Notes under the pieces: generated by a model | Database searches by the model: none | What the model saw: only the letters and a program-made list of their open reading frames with translations | What the model was told of the DNA's origin: nothing | Made by a program: the position numbers and the translations under genes | Shown here: positions 51,007-60,129 of the stretch, in pieces | Layout of the letters: every line of letters starts with the position of its first letter | Position numbering within the stretch: position 1 is the stretch's first letter | Assembly: GCA_964291675.2 (NCBI GenBank) | Contig: OZ219865.1 | Coordinates: 96,001 to 160,000 of the forward strand | Origin: Alphaproteobacteria bacterium | Lineage (GTDB): Bacteria; Pseudomonadota; Alphaproteobacteria; MPNO01 | DNA: 64,000 bases | Reading direction: 5' to 3'

Positions 51007-51072
51007 ACCGTGGGGACGGGTGGGGAAGGGGTGAAGGGCTTCTTTTTTTCGCCGGGAGAGAGCGATACGGGG

Positions 51073-52191
51073 TCAGGCGGCGGGGCCGCCCCAGACCGCC
51101 TCGGCGATCCGGAGGACGAGCTCGAGCTTGCGCCTGGTGTCGTCGGGGCCGACCGGCTGGCCGCCGCCGCCGGCGGACGAGAAGCCGCATTGCGGGGAGA
51201 TGGCGAGGCGCTCCAGCGGCGCGTGGGCCGCCGCCCGGTCGATGCGGCGCCTGACCGCGTCCCGGTCCTCCAGCGCCGGCGTCTTGGTGCCGATCAGCCC
51301 GAGCGCGGCGGTCTTGCCGGCCGGCAGGAAGCGGAGCGGCGCGAAATCGCCGGCGCGCGGGGTGTCGTATTCGAGCAGCAGGAGGTCGACGTCGAGCCCC
51401 CCGAAGACGCGCTCGGCGATCGGCTCGTAGCCGCCCTCGGCCATCCAGCGCCCCTTGAAATTGCCGCGGCACATGTGGAGCCCGACGAACATCCCCGCCG
51501 GCCGCTCGGCCAGGACGGCGTTGATCAGCGCGACATAGGCGTCGGTCAGCGCGTCCGGATCCTCGCCGCGCGCGCGCACGCCCTCCCGCGCCGCCGCGTC
51601 GCAGATGCAGGCCAGCGCCGTGTCGTCGAGCTGCACGTATCGGCAGCCGGCGGCGGCGAGCTCGGCGATCTCGGCGCGGTAGATCCGCACCAGATCCGCG
51701 AAATAGGCGTCCCGGTCGGCATAGGCGGCGGGCGCGAAGCTGCGCGGCCCGAGGAAGAAGTGGAGCACCGGCGGCGAGGCGATGGTCGCCTTGGGCAGGC
51801 CGCGCGGCGCGAGCCCGGCGAGGAAGCGGTAATCGCCGGCGACGATGGGGCGCGCGCGTTCCAGCCGGCGCGCCGCGTATGGCGAGGCGGCGACGCCGGC
51901 GCTGCCCGATTCGGAGCGGAAGCCGAGCACCCCCTCGCGGCGCAGCCCGAACCCGTCGAGCGCGTCGATCACCCCGGCCGACCAGGAGCGGCGGCGGAAC
52001 TCGCCGTCGGTCACCGCGGGCAGGCCGAGCCCGTCCTGGAAGGCGACGATGCCCCGGATCGCCGCGTCCTCGGCGGCGCGCAGCCCGTCGGCGTCGAGCC
52101 GGCCTGCGCGATGCGCCCGCACCGCCTCCAGCAGCGCGTCGGGGCGGACGAAGCTCCCGACATGCTCGGCGCGGAAGGGGGGTCGCGTCAT
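51073..52191 (-). CDS. Cobalamin-independent methionine synthase II family protein (MetE C-terminal-like)
   Basis: FRAEHVGSF, TDGEFRR, HMCRGN (Zn HxC), LEYD, SPQCGFSS. Confidence 0.92.
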   Translation of the reverse strand: MTRPPFRAEHVGSFVRPDALLEAVRAHRAGRLDADGLRAAEDAAIRGIVAFQDGLGLPAVTDGEFRRRSWSAGVIDALDGFGLRREGVLGFRSESGSAGVAASPYAARRLERARPIVAGDYRFLAGLAPRGLPKATIASPPVLHFFLGPRSFAPAAYADRDAYFADLVRIYRAEIAELAAAGCRYVQLDDTALACICDAAAREGVRARGEDPDALTDAYVALINAVLAERPAGMFVGLHMCRGNFKGRWMAEGGYEPIAERVFGGLDVDLLLLEYDTPRAGDFAPLRFLPAGKTAALGLIGTKTPALEDRDAVRRRIDRAAAHAPLERLAISPQCGFSSAGGGGQPVGPDDTRRKLELVLRIAEAVWGGPAA

Positions 52192-52266
52192 ATGGAGGCC
52201 TCCGGTGGCGGCGCTCCCAGGCTATAGTCGCGCGCGCATGGGCGGGCAAATGCGGCGGAGGAGAGC

Positions 52267-53148
52267 ATGCGGCTCGGCGGCACGGTGGGCGGGATCGGCT
52301 GGCAACGGATCGTCGAATCGGAGGGGCCCGATTTCGACGTGTTCTTCCTGCTGCCCGACGCGGACGAACGCAGCCTCGCGCCGCACCGCGCCTGGCTGGA
52401 GCCCCGCTTCCTCGATCCGGTATCGAACCGGCTGGTGATGGCGATGCAGTCCTATCTGCTAAAGACCCGCCACCACGCGATCCTGGTCGATGCCTGCGTC
52501 GGCAACGACAAGGAGCGCCGCTTCCACCCGCCCTGGGCGCGGCGCACATCGACCCGCTTCCTCGACAACCTCGCCGCCGCCGGTCTTGCGCCGGAAGACG
52601 TCGACTTCGTGATGTGCACCCATCTGCATGCCGACCACGTGGGCTGGAACACGCGGCTTGCGGGCGGGCGCTGGGTGCCCACCTTCCCCAACGCGCGCTA
52701 CGTCTTCGCGCGCACCGAGTACGACCACTGGATCGCGCTCAACAAGGGCGGCAAGAAGTATTCCGACGGCTGCATCGACGACAGCGTGCTCCCCGTCGTC
52801 GAGGCCGGGCAGGCCGAGATCGTCGACGATCGCTGGGCCTTCGACGACGAGATCCGCTTCGCCCCCACCCCCGGCCACACCCCGGGCCATGTCGCGATCG
52901 AGCTTTGCTCGCAAGGCGCCCGCGCGGTGCTGTCGGGCGATGTCTGCCACACCCCGCTGCAATGCCGCGAGCCCGGCTGGAGCGCCGTGGGCTGCGCCGA
53001 CCGGGCGCTCTCGGCGGCGACCCGGCGGGCGTTCCTCGAGGCGCATTGCGATACCGACACCCTGGTCATGACCGCCCACTTCCCCGCGCCCTCGGTCGGC
53101 TTCGTGCGGACGCGCGGCGATGCGTTCGACTTCGCCTATGACGAGTAG
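52267..53148 (+). CDS. MBL-fold metallo-hydrolase
   Basis: THLHADHVGWN, PTFPNARY, TPGHTPGH, GDVCH, TAHF. Confidence 0.93.
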   Translation: MRLGGTVGGIGWQRIVESEGPDFDVFFLLPDADERSLAPHRAWLEPRFLDPVSNRLVMAMQSYLLKTRHHAILVDACVGNDKERRFHPPWARRTSTRFLDNLAAAGLAPEDVDFVMCTHLHADHVGWNTRLAGGRWVPTFPNARYVFARTEYDHWIALNKGGKKYSDGCIDDSVLPVVEAGQAEIVDDRWAFDDEIRFAPTPGHTPGHVAIELCSQGARAVLSGDVCHTPLQCREPGWSAVGCADRALSAATRRAFLEAHCDTDTLVMTAHFPAPSVGFVRTRGDAFDFAYDE

Positions 53149-53223
53149 GGTCGGGGCGAGTATTCGCTTGAAAAGAGGTCGAGGGAAGGGCAGACTCGGC
53201 CACGCCACCGGCAAGGGTGTGCC

Positions 53224-53454
53224 GTGACCCCCGAGTTGATCGCAATTCTGGCAGTCGGTGTAGCGCTGGCCGGCTTGGTCCTGCAGGGCCAGCGCGGCCT
53301 CGGTGCGCGCATGGACCGTCTCGACGGGCGCATGGACCGGCTGGAAGCGGAGATGAAGGAAGTCCGCGACCGCCTCGGTCGTCTCGAAGGCAAGGTGGAT
53401 TTCCTGGAGAGCTATATCGTCCGCCGCGACGAGGCGGGCGCGCCGGCGGAGTAG
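53224..53454 (+). CDS. Small membrane-anchored coiled-coil protein (copy A)
   Basis: VTPELIAILAVGVALAGL followed by RMDRLDG/RLEAEMKEVR repeats. Confidence 0.75.
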   Translation: MTPELIAILAVGVALAGLVLQGQRGLGARMDRLDGRMDRLEAEMKEVRDRLGRLEGKVDFLESYIVRRDEAGAPAE

Positions 53455-53659
53455 CCGGCGGGGCCGCTGCGGCGGCACCGGTCCCCGGTCGTGACGGCGC
53501 ATTTGCCGGCGCCCCCGGTCGGCTTCGTGCGGGCGCGCGGCGAAGCCGTCGACCTCGCCTGTGACGGGTAGGGCGGGGCAGGTATTCGCTTGATGGTAGG
53601 CCGCGAGTGCGGCAGAGTGTTCCGCGCGGGTGTCCCCACGCCGTCGCGGAGCAGATCGA

Positions 53660-54031
53660 GTGACCCCGGAACTGATCGCGATCCTGGCAGTCGGCGTAGC
53701 GTTGGGCGGTGTGATGCTGCGCAACCACCACGGGCTCAGCACGCGCATCGACGGCCTCGACGCCCGCATGGACCGCCTCGACGGGCGCATGGACCGTCTC
53801 GACGGGCGCATGGACCGGCTGGAAGCGGAGATCAAGGAAGTCCGCGAGCGGCTTGAAGCGGAGATGAAGGAGCTTCGCGAGCGGCTGGGGGCGGAGATCA
53901 AGGAAGTCCGCGAGCGGCTGGAAGCCGAGATGAAGGAGGTCCGCGACCGCCTGAGCCGTCTCGAAGGCAAGATGGATTTCCTGGAGAGCCATATCGTCCG
54001 CCGCGACGACGCGGGCGCGCCGGCGGAGTAG
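53660..54031 (+). CDS. Small membrane-anchored coiled-coil protein (copy B, repeat-expanded)
   Basis: Same N- and C-termini as copy A, with extra 21-bp (7-aa) and 33-bp (11-aa) tandem units. Confidence 0.78.
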   Translation: MTPELIAILAVGVALGGVMLRNHHGLSTRIDGLDARMDRLDGRMDRLDGRMDRLEAEIKEVRERLEAEMKELRERLGAEIKEVRERLEAEMKEVRDRLSRLEGKMDFLESHIVRRDDAGAPAE

Positions 54032-54229
54032 CCGGCCCAAGCGCCGCCGTTCGTCGTTGCGACCGCAGCGCCGTCAGGCAAGGGGCGGAGAAATCTCGTC
54101 CCCACCGCCCCCTGCGTCATGGCTGGCCCCCGGGGCAAGCCCGGGGGCGTTCCGGCCCTCCACGCGGCCGCTCCGCCCGCAGGTCGGACGGGACGGGTGG
54201 CGACGCCCATGGTTGCCCGGATCAAGCCC

Positions 54230-54558
54230 ACTGCTGTCCGGTTTGGATGAGCTGGACCGGGCGCAAAGCCTCGGTACGCGCGGATTTCCGGCCCATCCGC
54301 CGGATCGGGACACGGATCGCGACACGCGCGACGCGTCGTCGCATGCCGCCGTCGCCCCCGGCCCTCCCTCGTCATGCCCGGACTTGATCCGGGCATCCAA
54401 GGGCGCCGCCGCCCGTCTCGTCGGACCGTCGTGCGGGCGGAGAGGCCGCGTGGATGGCCGGATCAAGTCCGGCCATGACGTAGGGGTGACAGCGGGAGCG
54501 GAGATGCAGATGTTCACGGGCGCGGAGCCCGCGCCGAAAATCTAAACCGGACAGCAGT
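54230..54558. mobile_element. MITE inserted in a REP, copy 2 (perfect 11-bp target duplication)
   Basis: GGATCAAGCCC|ACTGCTGTCCGGTTT...AAACCGGACAGCAGT|GGATCAAGCCC, with an internal CGTC-REP pair at 54370-54480. Confidence 0.88.
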
Positions 54559-54724
54559 GGATCAAGCCCGGGCATGACGAAGAGGGAGCGCAGGGCGACG
54601 GCGGAACGCGACCACGCGACGGGCCGGGTCGACATGACGGGAGAGGACGGCCGGCCGGCGGCGATGCGAACAAAGCTAGAACATCTTGGCCGGCCCGGGC
54701 GACATGTGCTACAGCAGGGTCGCC

Positions 54725-55564
54725 ATGGCCGACAACTCCGGCATCGAATGGACGGATGCTACGTGGAACCCGGTGACGGGCTGCACCAGGATCGCGCGCG
54801 GCTGCGACAACTGTTACGCGGAACGCTTCGCCGAGCGCTGGCGGGGCGTTCCGGGCCACCCCTACGAGCAGGGCTTCGACCTCCGCCTCTGGCCGTCCCG
54901 GCTCGACCGGCCGGAGCGCTGGCGCAAGCCGCGCATGATCTTCGTCAACTCGATGAGCGATTTGTTCCACAAGCGGGTGCCGCGCGGGTTCGTCGACGAC
55001 GTGTTCGACCGGATGGAGACGACCGACCGCCACACCTACCAGGTGCTGACCAAGCGGAGCTCGCGCATGCGGGACTACCTGCGCCGGAGGTATCCCGGAG
55101 GCGCGGCGCCGGCGCATATCTGGTGCGGCGTGTCGGTCGAGGATCGCCTGGGCCGGGCCAGAATCGACCATCTGCGAGCGGCGCCGGCCGCGATCCGCTT
55201 CCTGTCGATCGAGCCGCTGCTGGGTCCGCTGGGCGACATCGACCTGGACGGCATATCCTGGGTCATCGTCGGCGGCGAGAGCGGGCCGAAGGCGCGCCCG
55301 ATGGAAGACGGCTGGGTTTGCGACATACGCGACCGCTGCGCGGCTGCGGACGTGCCGTTCTTCTTCAAGCAATGGGGCGGACCGACGCCGAAGGCCCGAG
55401 GCCGGGAGCTTGAAGGCGTGCAGCACAACGCCATGCCGGGCCGTGCGCGGAAGGAGGACTGCCATGCCCTTCCGATGGCATCCCGGCCTCCGCCGGAGAT
55501 CGAAGAGCGCGGCAAGGCAAGGCTTCGCGTCTTGCCCCGCGTCGGTCCGGGCTTTTGGGGATAG
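54725..55564 (+). CDS. DUF5131 (phage Gp37/Gp68) radical-SAM-like protein
   Basis: IEWTDATWNPVTGCTRIARGCDNCYA, FVNSMSDLFH, QVLTKR, FLSIEPLLG, WVIVGGESG, FFFKQWGG. Confidence 0.93.
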   Translation: MADNSGIEWTDATWNPVTGCTRIARGCDNCYAERFAERWRGVPGHPYEQGFDLRLWPSRLDRPERWRKPRMIFVNSMSDLFHKRVPRGFVDDVFDRMETTDRHTYQVLTKRSSRMRDYLRRRYPGGAAPAHIWCGVSVEDRLGRARIDHLRAAPAAIRFLSIEPLLGPLGDIDLDGISWVIVGGESGPKARPMEDGWVCDIRDRCAAADVPFFFKQWGGPTPKARGRELEGVQHNAMPGRARKEDCHALPMASRPPPEIEERGKARLRVLPRVGPGFWG

Positions 55565-55621
55565 GTTGACGGGCGGCCGGCTGGCGCGGATCGGCGACGG
55601 GAATGCCGCCCCGCCCCCTTC

Positions 55622-55756
55622 CGGCATGCCCGGACTTGCCCCGGATCACAGTCCGGGGCTTGATCCGGGCATCCATGGGCGCCGCCACCGCTACCGACCG
55701 GCGGCCGTGCGGGCGGATCGGCTGCATGGATGGCCGGATCGAGTCCGGCCATGACG
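55622..55756. repeat. CGTC-REP pair with nested core
   Basis: CATGCCCGGACTTG-CCCCGGATCACAGTCCGGGG-CTTGATCCGGGCATCCA ... TGGATGGCCGGATCGAGTCCGGCCATGACG. Confidence 0.85.
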
Positions 55757-55886
55757 GATGAGGTTCGTTTCGCCTCCCGTTCGTTAACCTATCTTTGTAA
55801 GCCCCCTACAGTCGAACTGACGGCGGGGAGAAACGCACGGGATTTCCCCACTCGCGCTCCCCAAAGGGGGCAAGTGGAGTCTTCGT

Positions 55887-58800
55887 TCACGCGCCTGTCC
55901 TCGCCCCCGTCATCCCCAATATCGCCGCGATCCGCCGCGCGGTGTCGGTGAAGTGCTGCACCTCCTCCGGCCGGAGCGGGCGGGCGAGGATGTCGCGCTC
56001 GCGGTAGGACAGCCATTTCTTCAACACCTGGTAGCCGCCGAGGCGGTAGGTCCAGACGGCCGCCGGGACGTTGCGCCAGAACGCCTCGGCGTTGAGGTAG
56101 ATGTCGAACGTCCTCCCGCCGAGCGCGGGGAGGGTGTCGCCCAGCGCCGCGCGCTCGTCGGGCGAATAGGCGCGCTGGGCGGCGCGGCCCTGGCCCGGCA
56201 TCACCGCGTCGCCCTGGCCGTAATGGCCCCAGCCGGCGGTGACCGCGAAGTCCCCGCCCGCCATGTTGCGCCCGCCGGTCGTGGCGGGGACGGCGATGGC
56301 GGCGATCTCCGGCCGCAGCGGCGCCTGCGTGACGCCCGGGACGGGGGTGTCGGGATCGAGCAGCGCCGCAAGCTCGCGCCCGCGCGCCGCCGAGTCCGCG
56401 AGCGCCTCGGCCGCGCCATCGTCTCCGCCGTCCGGCCAGCCCGGCAGCGGGATGCGCGGCCACTCCATCCTGAGCCCCCGGCATTGGCCTCGCGATAGGC
56501 GGGATCGTGCAGGGTGGCGAGGACGTGGTGGAACAGGTCTTCGACGTCCAGGCCGAGGCGGTCGAGATAGCGTTGCGCGGTGCGAGACAGGTTGGGGCGG
56601 CGTTCTCCGTCACCGTCGCTTCCGATTCCTTCTTCATGGAACCAGGCGGGGAAATAGCTGGAAAGCCCATTGCCGAAGTTGTCGGCCATATGTCGGACCA
56701 AGGTCCCGCGTGAAAAATCTTCCTTCGCTTCCCGCTCGCGCGCTTCGATCCAGACATTCTCTTCGAACACTTGAAGTCGGTAATCGGCGCGCTTTTCGTC
56801 GAGCAGCTTTGTGTCCTTCTCCCAATAGAGCCACCTGTTGTCGAAGGGCCGATAGGCGAAGGGGGCAAAGCCAGCCTCGTCCGGCCCACCGCGTTTCAAC
56901 AAGGCTTCGCGCACCCCGCGGGCGTCGAACCGGGCGCTGGTCTTCATGACCGAGGGATAGCGTGCAGCGATATCGCTGTGGCTCAGGCGTTCGTCGAAAT
57001 AATCGGCAACCCGCGACCGGAGCCGGTTGGCGTCGATATCGACGAGAAACCCGTCGCGGCTGGTCTTGACACCGGGAAACGACACCGGAAACAGCTCGGG
57101 CAGCGCCGGCCAGTCGAACCAGTCCGCGCTCACCGCCGTCCGCACGAAGGGGAGGCCGAGAGGCAGGAGAGGCTCGACGTCCGCGTAAAGCACATCCGGC
57201 TCCGCCTCCGCCGTGGCGATGAGGTCCGCCGGCTTTGACTGCCCCCACAGGTGCCGGAATTCGACAGTGTCGGCCGCCTCGTGCGCCGCCTTGCGCAGCA
57301 GCGTCGCGATGGCGGTGCCGACCTGGATGCCGACCGGATCGCCCTCGGTCGAGAAGATGCTGGGGTCGGGCGTGCCGTCCGGTGCGACCTTGCCGGTCTT
57401 GTACTTGTCGCCGTTCAGGCAGTCGATGCGGATCGCGTCGAACGCCTCCAGGTAGCGTTCCCGCATCCCCGTGAAGGAGAGTCCGTCGAGCCACGAGTAG
57501 TTGGAGATGAAGCAGACCACCCCTTGGCCGGTCTTCTCCGCGATGCGCCGTTCGGCCATGCGGAAGAAGCGCACATAGAGGTCGTTCAGGCCCTGCCCGT
57601 CGGGCCGGCGCACCCGCTTCGTCGTGCGGTAGGCTTCGGAGAGCTCGCGCTCCTCGTCCACCGCCATTCCGGCGAAGCCGTTGTAAGGCGGGTTCCCCAA
57701 GATCACGAGAATGGGACGATTCCGTTTCACACGATTGGCCCGCTCGCGCTCGGCCGCCATTTCCGGGAACGCGACCATCTGTTTTTCTACGTCCGTCGGC
57801 TCCCATCCGGTGAGCGCGTTGGTGAGGAACACGCCGGCGCGTTCGGTGTCGTCGTCGGCGAACGGGGCGTCGAGCTCCTGCATGGTGAGCCCGACCTGGA
57901 GATGGGCGACGACGAAGGGGGCGGGCATGATCTCGAAGCCGAACACGCGTGTCGTGGCCGCCTGCTTCACCCGCGCGCCGGCGAGCGCGCCGAGGCCCTG
58001 GCCTTCGACGTTGGCGGCGATGCGGCGCAGCACCTCGGCCAGGTAGGCGCCGGTGCCGCAGCACGGGTCGAGCACGTAGACGTTGTCCGCCGCCAGCCCC
58101 TCCGGGATGGCGAGGTCGTCCTTCAAGGCCTTGTCCACCCGGGCGACCATGTAGCGGACCACCTCGCGCGGCGTGTACCAGACGCCGAGCTGCTTCCTGA
58201 GCGCCGGGTCGAATTCCTGGAGGAAGGGCTCGTAGAAATAGGGCACCGCCTCGCCCTCGTCGAAGCGGGCGAAGAAGGCGCCGCGGTCCACCCGGTCGAG
58301 CGCGGCGGCGGTCCAGTCCAGCACCTCGACGAGGCCGAGCGGCTGCAGCCGGCCGGGGTCGGAAAGCTGCTGGAACAGCGCCCGCAGCACCGGCGCGCGC
58401 AGGTGCCAGACCGCCTCGTGCCAGTTGAATTTTTCCGTCGGCCGCGGCGTCTGGCGCGCCCACAGCACCCAGGCCGAGAACACGCCGTAGAACAGGGTTT
58501 GCACCAGCGTCGAATGGAAGAAGCGTTCGCCCTTCTCCGCTTCGAAGCGGACGCCGAGCGCCTCCTCCAGCGCCGCGCGCACCGCCCGCAGCGCCGGCGC
58601 GTCGCCCGCCGCCTCGACCCGGGCGAGGCCGTCGCGGGCGTAGGAGGCGAGCAGCCAGGCGAGGTCCTTCGGTTCCGCGAGCGCGGCGCTGTGCGACAGC
58701 GCGCGGGCGAGGTACTCGCCGAGCCCCGCGCCGACCTCGTGGGCGAAGGCGCGCGGCTTCTCGACCCGCTGCCAGAATTCCTCCGCGCTCCCGGCGAGCC

Positions 58801-59239
58801 GAAGGGTTTCCAGCTTCGCCGGCCTGCCCGCCGCGTCGTCGGCGACCAGCACGAAGTCGCGCAGATTGGTCGCCAGCACCAGCCGGTAGCGGCCCCAATA
58901 GCGGCTGACCTGGCGACCCTCCGCCGTCCGCCAGGCGTCGTCGTCCGCCGCCTTGACCTCGACCGCGCCGCGCTCCGGCAACTGCCCCTCGCGCGGGCGG
59001 CCCTTCTGCACCTGCCGGGCCGCGAAAAGGCCGAAATCGGGACGGCCCGCGCCCTGGTCGGCGAGCTCGGCGACGCAGAACACCTTGGGCTTCAGCGCCG
59101 CGCCGACCGCGTTCAACAGGTTGCGGAGCGCGGGATGGTACGAAAGCTCCCCCGTCGCCCCGCCGCTGCCGCGGATGCGTCCGAGATCGGCGAAATACGC
59201 CTCGACCGCCGCCGTCAGCTTCGCGCTGGTCCCCGCCAT
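55887..59239 (-). CDS. Type IIG/ISP-like restriction-modification enzyme (nuclease, N6-adenine MTase, specificity domain), apparent frameshift at 56475-56479
   Basis: N-terminal RPDFG..GAVEVK (PD-D/ExK), LGVWYTP, LDPCCGTG, GNPPY, YRPFDNRW. The C-terminal WPRIPLP...YRLGGYQVLKKWLSYR lies in another frame. Confidence 0.88.
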
Positions 59240-59367
59240 GGCGCCGTTGTGGCCGAGCGCGGCGCGACTCGCAAGGGCGGTCCCTTGCCTCCCGTCATTT
59301 CAACCCGAGCCGCGAGGAGGGCGACGGCTCTCTCCCCGCCCCGCCCATGGATGCCCGGATCAAGTCC

Positions 59368-59975
59368 GCTGCTGTCTGGTTTAGATTTTCGGCGCGGGCT
59401 CCGCGCCCGTGAACATCTGCATCTCCGCTCCCGCTGTTACCCCTACGTCATGGCCGGCCCCCGGATCAAGTCCGGGGGTGATCCGGCCATCCACGCGGCC
59501 TCTCCGCCCGCACGACGGTCCGACGAGAGGGGCGGCGGCGCCCATGGATGCCCGGATCAAGTCCACTGCTGTCCGGTTTAGCCTTCGACGCGGGTCGCGC
59601 CCGGCGTTCCCCGCCCAGCGCTATGCCTCCCCCATCGTCATGCTCGGACTTGATCCGGGCATCCACTGGCGCCGCCGCCTCTCCCGACGGGGCGTTGTAC
59701 CGGTGGCGCCAGTGGTTGCGCGGATCAAGTCCGCGCATGGGTGGCCGGATCAAGTCCGGCCATGACGGGGTGGGGGTGGCGGTGGAGGAGCACGGGAGCC
59801 GGGTGCGGCCCGCCCCGCCCGTGGGTGCCCGGAACGAGGCCGGGGTGACAACGGAGGGGCAGGGACGGCAAGTGCGGGCGTGCGGCGATCCGTGTCCCGA
59901 TCCGGCGGCTGGTCCGGAAATCCGCGCGTACCGAGGCTTTGCGCCCGGTCCAGCTCATCCAAACCGGACAGCAGT
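59368..59975. mobile_element. Nested MITE (two right ends, one left end) in a REP, inverted relative to copy 2
   Basis: GGATCAAGTCC|GCTGCTGTCTGGTTT at 59368, GGATCAAGTCC|ACTGCTGTCCGGTTT at 59565, and AAACCGGACAGCAGT|GGATCGAGTCC at 59975. Its termini match those of 54230-54558 in reverse complement. Confidence 0.85.
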
Positions 59976-60129
59976 GGATCGAGTCCGGGCATGACGGGGC
60001 GGGAGGCATGGTGCTGGGAGCGGGCCGCACCCGGTTCGCCATGCACCGCCCATGCGCGCCACCCCGCTTCAACCCGCCGCCCCCCGATGGCATGATCCGG
60101 CGGCACGCATTCGAGCGGGAGAGGCGGCG

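Noticed and set aside
53063-53590. Diverged repeat of a gene 3' end as a DGR template/variable repeat pair
   Set aside because: There is no reverse transcriptase, the mismatches are not adenine-specific, and the repeat is part of a larger tandem duplication.
53755-53950. Tandem 21-bp and 33-bp repeats as CRISPR or iterons
   Set aside because: They are in-frame coding repeats with no spacers.
54725-55564. Prophage suggested by the Gp37/Gp68 family gene
   Set aside because: There are no integrase, structural or replication phage genes in the window.
55757-55886. AT-richer spacer as an ncRNA or tRNA fragment
   Set aside because: No cloverleaf or known RNA motif could be recognised. No tRNA or rRNA was seen anywhere in the window.
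59293-59996. Repeat clusters as a possible CRISPR array
   Set aside because: The repeats are inverted, nested and irregularly spaced, and there are no cas genes. They are REPs and MITEs.
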